From Candidatus Woesearchaeota archaeon (GTDB lineage Archaea; Nanobdellota; Nanobdellia; Woesearchaeales; GCA-023898365), in NCBI GenBank assembly GCA_023898365.1, contig CP060219.1, positions 334,688 through 398,687 of the forward strand: 64,000 nt of DNA. The letters are read 5' to 3'. The position numbers and the translations under genes were made by a program. Positions 9,422-17,748 of the stretch are shown one piece after another; the first letter of the stretch is position 1; every line of letters begins with the position of its first letter. The notes beneath the pieces are model-generated. The model did not search any database. It was not told the DNA's origin and saw only the letters and a list, made by a program, of their open reading frames with translations.

Positions 9422-9959
9422 GTCCTGGTTTTAATGTCTTACCACCTGGCGTCCAGCTTGCAGGACAGACTTCGCCGCCATGAGCTGCAACGTATTGTGC
9501 TGCTTGCAATTTACGAACAAGTTCAGCTGCGCTTCGACCGATAGAATTATCATGTAGTTCGTAGGCCTTTAGTATGCCGTCAGGATCAATAATGAATGTT
9601 CCGCGAAGGCTCAAACCTTCTTCTTCAATCATCGTGCCATACGCTCTGCAAATCTTTCCTGTTGGGTCTGCAACCATGGGAAAGGTTATTTTCTTAATCG
9701 TGTCCGATTCATCATGCCATGCTTTGTGAACAAAGGCAGTGTCTGTTGAGACGCTTAGAACTTCAACATTCATTTTCTTAAGCGCTTCATAATGATCGGC
9801 CATTTCGCCAAGTTCCGTTGGACAGACAAAGGTGAAATCAGCAGGGTAGAAGAACAACACCGTCCACTTCCCAGCGTAATCTTTCAGATTGACTTTCTTT
9901 ATCTCGCCACCAACAAATGCGTCAGCAGAGAACTCTGGTGCTTTTTCATTTATTTTCAT
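9399..9959 (-). CDS. ahpC: Typical 2-Cys peroxiredoxin (AhpC/Tsa family)
   Basis: 186 aa with FFYPADFTFVCPTEL (peroxidatic Cys) and C-terminal GEVCPASW (resolving Cys). Confidence 0.9.
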   Translation of the reverse strand: MKINEKAPEFSADAFVGGEIKKVNLKDYAGKWTVLFFYPADFTFVCPTELGEMADHYEALKKMNVEVLSVSTDTAFVHKAWHDESDTIKKITFPMVADPTGKICRAYGTMIEEEGLSLRGTFIIDPDGILKAYELHDNSIGRSAAELVRKLQAAQYVAAHGGEVCPASWTPGGKTLKPGLDLVGKI

Positions 9960-10330
9960 TTTTTCATACCTCCTTTGGCGCCAACACGACAGATAATGTC
10001 GACATGTGTTGGCTCAATTCCTTTTTGTTTCAACGAGTCAAATAGGGTGCGCATGAGCGCGGAATCAAGTTCGTCAACAATAACGCCCTGCTCATCGATA
10101 ATATGAATGTGCGGCTCTACAATCGCATCAAAATGTAATTGATCATGAAGGGAAAACTGTGATAATTCGCCTTGCGCAACAAGCTTATGCAAATTGCGAT
10201 AGACGGTGGCGCGGGTAATCGTTGGGACTTCTTTGACAACTGCGAGAAACACTTCTTCTGCTGTTGGGTGCGAGGTAACAGACGCCACATAGGACAAGAT
10301 TTTTTGGTTTTGAATTGTTTGTCGTTCCAT
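9956..10330 (-). CDS. Fur-family metal/peroxide-responsive transcriptional regulator (PerR-like), the first gene of the oxidative-stress operon
   Basis: 124 aa with HPTAEEV, ITRATVYRNLHKL and the HxH site PHIHIIDEQG. It overlaps the ahpC start by 4 nt. Confidence 0.75.
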   Translation of the reverse strand: MERQTIQNQKILSYVASVTSHPTAEEVFLAVVKEVPTITRATVYRNLHKLVAQGELSQFSLHDQLHFDAIVEPHIHIIDEQGVIVDELDSALMRTLFDSLKQKGIEPTHVDIICRVGAKGGMKK

Positions 10331-10335
10331 CTTAT

Positions 10336-10347
10336 TAATAATTATTA
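10336..10347. promoter_or_regulatory. Candidate Fur/PerR-box operator: a perfect 12-bp AT palindrome TAATAATTATTA, 5 bp upstream of the perR-like ATG. A TATA-like element TTTTATATAG lies at 10367-10376 on the same promoter.
   Basis: Read directly from the sequence. It resembles the PerR/Fur box consensus TTATAATnATTATAA. Its position between the TATA box and the start codon suits autorepression. Confidence 0.35.
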
Positions 10348-10450
10348 TTATTTAGAAATCATTATTGTTTTATATAGTTTTCGCATTATTTCGCAGTTAT
10401 TAAAAAAACGAAACTAAGCAGCCCAAAAGATTTATATAACTGCCCTGCTT

Positions 10451-11623
10451 GTGTTACCATCGATAAGTATGTTACAACTGTTCAAGCCATTGGGAAAGAT
10501 GAATAAAGGCCATTTGCGGCTCATTGCAGAATATCTGCCACGAGAAGATGTGCAAGCAATCACCACACTTCTGAAAAAAAACCTGATTACAGTCACGTAC
10601 GAACAACTCAGAACAACAATCGTACGACCAAAAACCTATCCACAACTCCAAGCAAAACAATCAGACGGCAAACTTGAAAATAAACTTCGAAGCTACAACA
10701 CCTTCATAGAAGAGCGGTTCTATCAAAAAGTATTCAGAGAATTCTCAAGTGTCGCGTTTGAAAAAATAAATTACTTCTTCGAACGAACCGGATTTAAGAA
10801 AAAAGAAATAACAAACGCACTCATCCTGAGCTTGTTTGCGAAAAACCCAACGCACCTACTCCTTCTTGGCGATCCCGAACAAGGACAAAACGAACTACTC
10901 TCTTCAGTAAGCACCCTTTCACCAATTGGCGTAATTGCAGATCTTAAAGAAATTCCTGAATCGCACCTCTATATGAAAACGATCAACAAAAAACGAGAAC
11001 CTGGCTGCATTGCAGAAGCGCACGACGGCATTCTCATCCTCAAACATCTCCAATTCAAAAGCGATGCAGCAACTCACACGTTTGCAAAAGCATTAGATAC
11101 AGGAAAAACAACCTTCAAACGAGGTAAAGCAGAAGTGCACGTAACAAGCAATTTTTCGTGCATAGCCACCTCGTATCCAGATAGTTTTCATTTTGTTGGT
11201 AAACGCATCTCTTTCTTACATGGACAACTCATGTTCCCCCAAACCTTACTTCAAGACTTCTCACTTGTCTTCTTACTGCGAAGAAGTCCGCAACAAGAAT
11301 TCTTCAGAGAAAAAAATTTCTATTCCCTTAACATGCACACGCAAGACATTAATGATCCGGATATTGAATTTGTCAGAAAATACATTGAGTATGCACGAGA
11401 GCACACCATCGACTTTGCCCAGCTCTTAAAAGCAGAAGTAGCAGACTTTGTTGAAAGTCTTATGGGCAAAAAAGAATACTTTATAGAACCAAACAAAAAC
11501 ACTATCAAAGGCATCATTAACTTAGCAAAGGCACGAGCAGCACTTCATTTGCGCAAAGACGTCACCACAGACGATCTCGAATTTGTCTTCTCTATCGTTA
11601 AAGAAAGCGCGATTTCATTCTAA
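10451..11623 (+). CDS. Inactivated MCM-like AAA+ protein (MCM homolog with degenerate Walker A/B motifs and no canonical N-terminal domain)
   Basis: Positional equivalents of MCM motifs: HLLLLGDPEQGQNELL (Walker A lacking GK[ST]), AHDGILILKHLQF (Walker B lacking the DE), SCIATSYP (cf. AAANP), LQDFSLVFLL (cf. SRFDL arginine-finger region) and FVRKYIEYAREH (cf. the MCM LRKYIAYAR motif). Confidence 0.5.
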   Translation: MLPSISMLQLFKPLGKMNKGHLRLIAEYLPREDVQAITTLLKKNLITVTYEQLRTTIVRPKTYPQLQAKQSDGKLENKLRSYNTFIEERFYQKVFREFSSVAFEKINYFFERTGFKKKEITNALILSLFAKNPTHLLLLGDPEQGQNELLSSVSTLSPIGVIADLKEIPESHLYMKTINKKREPGCIAEAHDGILILKHLQFKSDAATHTFAKALDTGKTTFKRGKAEVHVTSNFSCIATSYPDSFHFVGKRISFLHGQLMFPQTLLQDFSLVFLLRRSPQQEFFREKNFYSLNMHTQDINDPDIEFVRKYIEYAREHTIDFAQLLKAEVADFVESLMGKKEYFIEPNKNTIKGIINLAKARAALHLRKDVTTDDLEFVFSIVKESAISF

Positions 11624-11686
11624 TCCGCCAATGATGACGTTATTCCCGGCTGAACACATGATGACAAGGAGTAACTGCTGAGGCGT
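11624..11686 (+). ncRNA. C/D-box sRNA (archaeal snoRNA-like 2'-O-methylation guide)
   Basis: C box AUGAUGA 11631-11637, a 12-nt guide, D' CUGA 11650-11653, C' UGAUGA 11659-11664, a 13-nt guide and D CUGA 11678-11681. The terminal stem pairs CCGCC (11625-11629) with GGCG (11682-11685). It is followed by a T7 run that acts as an archaeal terminator. Total length is ~62 nt. Confidence 0.6.
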
Positions 11687-11735
11687 TTTTTTATTATACC
11701 AACAAAAGAAAAAATAACTATTGAAAGTTCAGACG

Positions 11736-13505
11736 CTACTTCTTTCTGTATGAGCCGCCGCAATGATGCATTCCCGGATGCTTACGCGCATGAACGCGAT
11801 GGTTACATCGCTCACAGGTAAACTCTTTCTTGCGAAGCAAAAGCACCGCAAAGAAGATAACCAAACCTGCAACAACCGCAATGCCAACATAGACAATCAT
11901 ACCACTTTCAAGTTCAAGCACTAAGACTGCATGAAGCGATTTAATAAGTGCTTGTTTACGCACGCCATAATCTACACGAACATCTACTTCTTCATTATCT
12001 TCAATGTCAAGCGCGGAGAGCTTTGCGCGAACAATGAGTGCTTGTGATTGACGAGGTTCGAGAGCAGCAATCTTGCCACTCGTAAGCGTCATTTCTTCGC
12101 CGTCAACAATAACATCTGTAAGGGTGGCTTGCGCGTACGTTCGTTCAGTTCCTAAATTAGTGACATAAATTTTAAACGCAGAATTGATGCGATCATACGT
12201 CACACGATCAAGTAACAAATTAGAATCATCTTGAATGCTCACTTGAAGCACGTTTACTGCAGTTGCGACAAGAACATTTTCTAAACTCAAATAAAACGGA
12301 CCGTACGCAGTTGTTAAATCAGCAATGAGTGAGGAACTAGGAAATTCTTGATCATAAGTTATGGTCGCCACTCTTCCCGAATCAAGAAAGTGAGATTCGT
12401 TATCACCTAAAGCGAAGACCTCACTTCCTGCACGCACCGTAATGGTATTTCTAAAATACAAAGGCAAATCGCCAACGTTTTCAAGTGCAACCTCGAGTTG
12501 TTTCGTGTACGCATTATAGCGTATTTCTTGCAATTCAAGAAGTGGTCGAATAACAGGAAGTTGATAATAGTCAAGTTCACGCACCGTATTTCCTTGCGCG
12601 CCACTTGCCGTGCCAATTTCCAAGAAAACCCCCATAGAATGATTATGTTCATCACGAAGAACTTTCTTAATCTGCGCAGCAGGATTACTTAATTGATGGC
12701 CTACAACGACAACACTGCGAATATCATTATCAAGAAACACACGCTCAATCATTTCAGGATAAATATCTCTCCCAATAAAAAGCACCGGATATTCACCAAT
12801 AAAAAATTCTTCGCGCAAAAATTCGCCGTTCGTTGCATAGAGTTGTTTTTGTGGACTAATTGCTAAATACCTATTCAATATTTCTAGATTGTTCAAAAAC
12901 TTATCTCCCTTATCTATGACTTGGGCATCATAAGAAGAAAGCACGGATTTGACATCCCTATCGAAACTTCCGTAAAACAAAAGAGAGGACGCTAAAGAAA
13001 GATAGGGTGTTATGCGAGAAACAGATGTTTTATCTGCAAATAACACATAGCTGTCAGTGAGTGAAGCATACGAGGCAACACTTACTGAATCAAATGGAAA
13101 ACTTGGGTTGACAACAACATATGACGTGACTCCCTCAAGTTGCTCAGCAAGAAAAGTGTTCATATCGGTTGAGACAACCATTTCCTCAACATCAAAACCA
13201 GTATCAGAGAGAACAGTACGATAATGAGCATACACAGGATCGCGAGAGGTTAAGAGCAAAACGCGAACGGGATCACCAGCACCTGTTTCTCGAGGCAAGT
13301 GTTGGGGCAATTCAAGTGCTTGAAGAGAGTTAGTGAGAAAAAATGATTTTGCGCCAACTAATTCGGCGAAAAGAATCGAAGAATACACGTCAGTCCATTC
13401 TTGAGAATTAACGACAACAACATCAACACCAAGGTTTGTCGTTGCACCATAAGCAAAAGAAACCAATAACAACAATCCAATAAAGACAAGACTTGTTCGC
13501 ACCAT
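11736..13505 (-). CDS. Secreted, membrane-anchored hypothetical protein (589 aa). It has a signal peptide, a large extracellular region, a C-terminal TM helix and a short cytoplasmic zinc-ribbon-like tail.
   Basis: N-terminal signal peptide MVRTSLVFIGLLLLVSFAYGA and a C-terminal TM helix followed by CERCNHRVHARKHPGMHHCGGSYRKK (a CxxC...HHC motif). Confidence 0.6.
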   Translation of the reverse strand: MVRTSLVFIGLLLLVSFAYGATTNLGVDVVVVNSQEWTDVYSSILFAELVGAKSFFLTNSLQALELPQHLPRETGAGDPVRVLLLTSRDPVYAHYRTVLSDTGFDVEEMVVSTDMNTFLAEQLEGVTSYVVVNPSFPFDSVSVASYASLTDSYVLFADKTSVSRITPYLSLASSLLFYGSFDRDVKSVLSSYDAQVIDKGDKFLNNLEILNRYLAISPQKQLYATNGEFLREEFFIGEYPVLFIGRDIYPEMIERVFLDNDIRSVVVVGHQLSNPAAQIKKVLRDEHNHSMGVFLEIGTASGAQGNTVRELDYYQLPVIRPLLELQEIRYNAYTKQLEVALENVGDLPLYFRNTITVRAGSEVFALGDNESHFLDSGRVATITYDQEFPSSSLIADLTTAYGPFYLSLENVLVATAVNVLQVSIQDDSNLLLDRVTYDRINSAFKIYVTNLGTERTYAQATLTDVIVDGEEMTLTSGKIAALEPRQSQALIVRAKLSALDIEDNEEVDVRVDYGVRKQALIKSLHAVLVLELESGMIVYVGIAVVAGLVIFFAVLLLRKKEFTCERCNHRVHARKHPGMHHCGGSYRKK

Positions 13506-15997
13506 TATAACTCCCTTAATGCCCTCGAAATTTCTGCCTCTTCCTTGACAATATCATATTGCCGTGATTTAAGCAAGACAGCTTGTTTTTTTAAAGATTG
13601 TTGTTTTTTCTCATAAAGTGCAACTTTTTCTTGCAAATGAGCAAGTTCTTTTTGTTTAAGAACGGAATAGTTAGATTCGGAGTTTTTAACCAGCGTACGA
13701 ATTTCCTGAAGTTTTGCATCAAGCGAAGCAAGCAATTTTTCCTGTTTTGCAAGTTTACTCTGCACTTCCTGATGCGATTTTTCAAGTTGCGTTTCTCGTT
13801 CGCGAAGAGAAGTTCTCGTAGCATCAAGAGCAGTTTCCGCAGCAACTAACTTGTTTTCCTTTGCTTGCAATGAAGCAATACGATTATGAAGAGCGTCTTT
13901 CTTTCGTTCAAGAGATTTAATTTTTCCCGAAAGTCTTGCCACATCACTTTCGATATGATGAATTTGTTTTGGCAAGAGTTTCTTTTCTTTGCCGACATGT
14001 TGTTCCAGAAGTGCTTTTTCTTTGAGAATTTTTTCACGTTCATCAAGAAGTTCATGTTCTATCTTGACAAGGGAACTTGCTTCTTCATGATGTGCTTTCG
14101 ATTTCCGTACAAGAAGAATACGTTGTATTTTCAAAGAAATTCTATCTTCAAGATACGTGAACAAATCTTTTCGCCCGCCAACATAAGCAAATATGCCAAC
14201 AAGAAACAAAAGGAGGAAGAGAAAAATCAAATACGTTAATTTGAGAGGTGATTGCAGATTCTCTTGCGTTGTTATACTGGTGTTTGTTTGATTAATCGGT
14301 TGGACAGGAACAACAGGAAGGAGGGGAAGCACACCTAATTCTGAGCCTACAACAACCAAATCTTTTTGCACCGTATGCAAATCTCTTCCTCGCTCATACG
14401 AAAGTTTCGAAGAAAGAGAAAGAACAGAAGTTTCTGTCACTTCATCAGTTGGAAGCAATTCATAGACGTACAAAACCTTTTTTTCTTTTGGACCGAGTGT
14501 GACTGATGCATGCACAATTCCTTTTGAAAACAACGTATCAGGAAGCACTTCAGCGACAGAAACGTTTGAGAGAGCATAACTCAACGGGTTAGTGACCGAA
14601 ACAGAAACAAAATATTTTATGTTCCCATCTGTTTCTTTTGTAAGAAGTTCTTTTGAAATAATCGGCTCCACATAAGGAAGCACAGGGAACACCCCATCAA
14701 AAGAAATAGGCATAAAACTTCCAAACTCGGTGCGACAAGAACCATCAACGCGTAGTTCATGAGCACCATAAGAAATATTGTGAGCAAAGGAAAGAACGGT
14801 GTGAAAGATGCTTTGATCCTCATCCAAGTTTCTTGATCGCCAACGTGTCGAAAGATCAAACAACGTTGTCAGAAGTTCAAAATCACAATATTCTAAAGAA
14901 AAATATTCATTAGGATTGTCAACAATCAATGAAAAGTCATAGACGCCTCCTTCATGAAATGACGCATTCGCAAGAGTGGCATTGTTAATAAGAACAAGAA
15001 CGTGTAAGGGAACTGTTTCAAGAGAAACAGGCACTTCATACCATTGTTCATCTCCGTCAATAGTAATGTAGAGAAAAAATTTGGTTAAGAGAGGATCGAT
15101 CGGAACAACAGTGATCGTCTGCACCCAGGTCGAGCCATTCATAAAGGATTCATCATTGCGATAATACGAGTCTCCTTCTCGAAATTCTTCTGAAGAAGCA
15201 AGCAACCGAACCGATGAAGTAGGTATTTCAAAAGTTAAATCATGAGGCATCTCATCAGCAAAAGTAAACGTGACAACAAATGATTCGCCGTACGTTGTAG
15301 CAGGATCCACATCGATAGCAAGCACGGCAAAATGATGCTTTACTGTTAACGAATTTCTGTACGTGCCAGAAAAAAACTCATCATCATGTCGATACGTGTA
15401 GGTGCCAGTTAACGTATAGTCCCCGGTGGGCGCCGTTGGTCGCAGCGTCGCAAAACAATCATCACTGCGATCAGCAGCAATGGACGTTCGCAAATACAGG
15501 TGCGTTGCATTTTCTTCGCAAGAACCAGTTGAGACCACTGTCAATCCTTGAGGAATAGGTATGGAGAATAACAAATTCTTAACGCGACCGTCACCTTCAT
15601 TCATGATACTAATGTTAACTTCTACCGTATCATTCCAAAAAACAGTGCGAGAAACATTTACATCAACTTTTATGTCAGGAGTGGGATCGCGCAAATAAAC
15701 ACGAGCAGTGTCATTCGTTCGCGCCGTATAACAAAATTCAAAATCTTCACTGAGCACTTTACAATCATCAAGAAAGAAAATGAGAGGATCGGAGCGGTTC
15801 GTGCCATTGAGTGCTTCGTCAAGACGCAACGCAACTTTTGTTTGATTATGGGGCACTTGCAAAATGTACGTTTGATTACCAATCACCAACTCTTCGTTTG
15901 TTTCGTACGATGCGTTAAAGAGAACTTCAGCTGAAACAAATGGAAAAATCAACAAGAGACCTAACACCAACAAAAGGAGCGTATTCTTTTGCACCAT
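13505..15997 (-). CDS. Surface protein (830 aa) with a signal peptide, an N-glycosylation-sequon-rich ectodomain, a single TM helix and a long cytoplasmic Lys/Glu-rich coiled-coil tail
   Basis: N-terminal LLLLVLGLLLIFPFVSA, many NxS/T sequons, the TM helix LTYLIFLFLLLFLVGIFAYV, then ~230 aa of heptad-like K/E/L-rich sequence. It overlaps the upstream gene by 1 nt. Confidence 0.6.
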   Translation of the reverse strand: MVQKNTLLLLVLGLLLIFPFVSAEVLFNASYETNEELVIGNQTYILQVPHNQTKVALRLDEALNGTNRSDPLIFFLDDCKVLSEDFEFCYTARTNDTARVYLRDPTPDIKVDVNVSRTVFWNDTVEVNISIMNEGDGRVKNLLFSIPIPQGLTVVSTGSCEENATHLYLRTSIAADRSDDCFATLRPTAPTGDYTLTGTYTYRHDDEFFSGTYRNSLTVKHHFAVLAIDVDPATTYGESFVVTFTFADEMPHDLTFEIPTSSVRLLASSEEFREGDSYYRNDESFMNGSTWVQTITVVPIDPLLTKFFLYITIDGDEQWYEVPVSLETVPLHVLVLINNATLANASFHEGGVYDFSLIVDNPNEYFSLEYCDFELLTTLFDLSTRWRSRNLDEDQSIFHTVLSFAHNISYGAHELRVDGSCRTEFGSFMPISFDGVFPVLPYVEPIISKELLTKETDGNIKYFVSVSVTNPLSYALSNVSVAEVLPDTLFSKGIVHASVTLGPKEKKVLYVYELLPTDEVTETSVLSLSSKLSYERGRDLHTVQKDLVVVGSELGVLPLLPVVPVQPINQTNTSITTQENLQSPLKLTYLIFLFLLLFLVGIFAYVGGRKDLFTYLEDRISLKIQRILLVRKSKAHHEEASSLVKIEHELLDEREKILKEKALLEQHVGKEKKLLPKQIHHIESDVARLSGKIKSLERKKDALHNRIASLQAKENKLVAAETALDATRTSLRERETQLEKSHQEVQSKLAKQEKLLASLDAKLQEIRTLVKNSESNYSVLKQKELAHLQEKVALYEKKQQSLKKQAVLLKSRQYDIVKEEAEISRALREL

Positions 15998-16003
15998 CTT
16001 ACC

Positions 16004-16330
16004 TTATTTCACCCTAATTGATTCATCAACTTCTGAACTTGCACGAAAAATATTCTCTTGCAATTTCTTTTTTTCGAGGAGGTTGCGATAATCCCAATAA
16101 TAGCCGCCAAGCAAAATAACAATTCCGCTCACCTCTAAAGCCACAATTGCACGATCTGCCTTGAATTCATTGTAAAGCCAAAAAATGGTCGTGATAATGA
16201 TAATACCAATGCCAAAGGTTTTTAGAACACTAATAAACGGTTCCTCACCTTTTTGCTTGGTCTCAAGATCGATCTCGTCGCCAATAAGTTTTTCCTTTAG
16301 CTTAATCTTTCGATCGAACTCAGACGCCAT
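16004..16330 (-). CDS. Small two-TM membrane protein (108 aa), hypothetical
   Basis: ORF with two hydrophobic helices (IGIIIITTIFWLY and AIVALEVSGIVILLGGYYW). Confidence 0.4.
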   Translation of the reverse strand: MASEFDRKIKLKEKLIGDEIDLETKQKGEEPFISVLKTFGIGIIIITTIFWLYNEFKADRAIVALEVSGIVILLGGYYWDYRNLLEKKKLQENIFRASSEVDESIRVK

Positions 16331-16432
16331 AATGCCCTCTCTTCCTTATAAACCCTCTTGCTTTCACGTTTAAAAAAGTTCCGACAAGAGAAGTTGTGAG
16401 TAAAGAGGCAGAACAGGCAAAGAAATCAAGCA

Positions 16433-17698
16433 TTATCCTTGTTTGGATAAGGTAAACGACGTGCTTCGTTTCAAAGCAAATAATGAAGAAACTTTGTCCT
16501 TTGAAAAAACACCATTTTCGTTATAGACAGCATTAGCGTATGAACCCATCTGATGTTTTGCAAGACCTTCAGCAAAAAGCAGCGCGACACGAATTATTGA
16601 AGTGTTCTTTTTTAAGGGAAAGATAAGATTGTCTTCGACAAACGGATGTGAGTTACAAATGATGAGTTCTCGAAGGTCAGCAGAAGCAATTTTCTTCATA
16701 GCAGACTCAAAATTTCTTCCGGCAAAAACAGGGTGAACAAGCATTGTTGATACAGAAGCGGGAAGTTCCTGTCCTTTTGAAGTACGTATGCCTTCTGTTC
16801 GAAAATGTTTTGCTGCTTCAGAAATTGTTCCGGCCGTATCGACCAAATCATCAACGATAACAATATGTTTTCCATCCATCGTTGTATAATTTGAGGAATA
16901 GGGATCATGAGGATCGGGCAACACTTCAAGATTATCAGGATTGTTGGGCTGTCTTCTTATTTTTTTTAAGAACACTGCACTGACCCCTGTAAGGCCATGC
17001 TCTTTATGCAATAACTCAAGTAAGACATGTAACGTCTTCTTCGCACCACCATCTGGGCTAACAAGAACGAGTTCTTCGCCAAAATTGTTCAGTGGAAAAA
17101 AAGAATGTTCTGCGAGGTAATGTGCAAAGAGAGGCGCAGGAGAAAACACCTGCAACGCATCCGTTCGTCCAAAGACGTCTGCATAAATATCGCGGATGAG
17201 CTCACTATGTAATTCCATGGTAAAAACAGTCTTGATAGAACTTGCCGCAAAAAGTTTTGCTTGTAAGAGTGCAATCCTGCCACGTCCGGCGTTAGATGTC
17301 GAAGAAGGATTTTTTTTATCAAAGTCAGAAGCACTGCGATCAGCTCTGCTAAAATGCAAATCGGGAAGCACCGCATGAACAGCTTTTGCTCCGTTGTCAT
17401 ACGCTGCTTGTGCTGCGGCGCATACTCGAAATGAGAGCTCCCCAGGAAACAAATCGTCCTTTGTTTCAATGCTTGGCAATCCAAAAAGGTAGACTTCTTT
17501 GCCAACAACATCTACACGAAATTTTGGATCAAATTCGCCGCCAGAAAACGTGCCCGAACTAAATACTGCTTCCACTTCAGGAATGGGAAGAGAAGGAGCG
17601 TGTTGTTTATACAAAAAGTTCGTCACTTTTTGCGTAAACTCATAACTCATACGATTCTTTGAAAGACTTACCAGAACCATGCGTGAAACATCAAGCAT
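16433..17698 (-). CDS. prs: Ribose-phosphate pyrophosphokinase (PRPP synthetase) with an N-terminal extension and an internal insertion
   Basis: Motifs align to Prs: VGKEVYLFG, AVLPDLHFSRADRSA (cf. PYFGYARQDRK), TVFTMELHSELI (cf. TVDLHAHQI), LVLVSPDGGAKKT (cf. VVSPDAGGVKRA) and the PRPP-binding loop HIVIVDDLVDTAGTI. An alternative start MSYEFTQ lies at nt 17650. Confidence 0.7.
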   Translation of the reverse strand: MLDVSRMVLVSLSKNRMSYEFTQKVTNFLYKQHAPSLPIPEVEAVFSSGTFSGGEFDPKFRVDVVGKEVYLFGLPSIETKDDLFPGELSFRVCAAAQAAYDNGAKAVHAVLPDLHFSRADRSASDFDKKNPSSTSNAGRGRIALLQAKLFAASSIKTVFTMELHSELIRDIYADVFGRTDALQVFSPAPLFAHYLAEHSFFPLNNFGEELVLVSPDGGAKKTLHVLLELLHKEHGLTGVSAVFLKKIRRQPNNPDNLEVLPDPHDPYSSNYTTMDGKHIVIVDDLVDTAGTISEAAKHFRTEGIRTSKGQELPASVSTMLVHPVFAGRNFESAMKKIASADLRELIICNSHPFVEDNLIFPLKKNTSIIRVALLFAEGLAKHQMGSYANAVYNENGVFSKDKVSSLFALKRSTSFTLSKQG

Positions 17699-17748
17699 AA
17701 ACAGGAGAGGGCTCTACCGCTTTATAACGTTTGTTTTCAAGATGCTGC

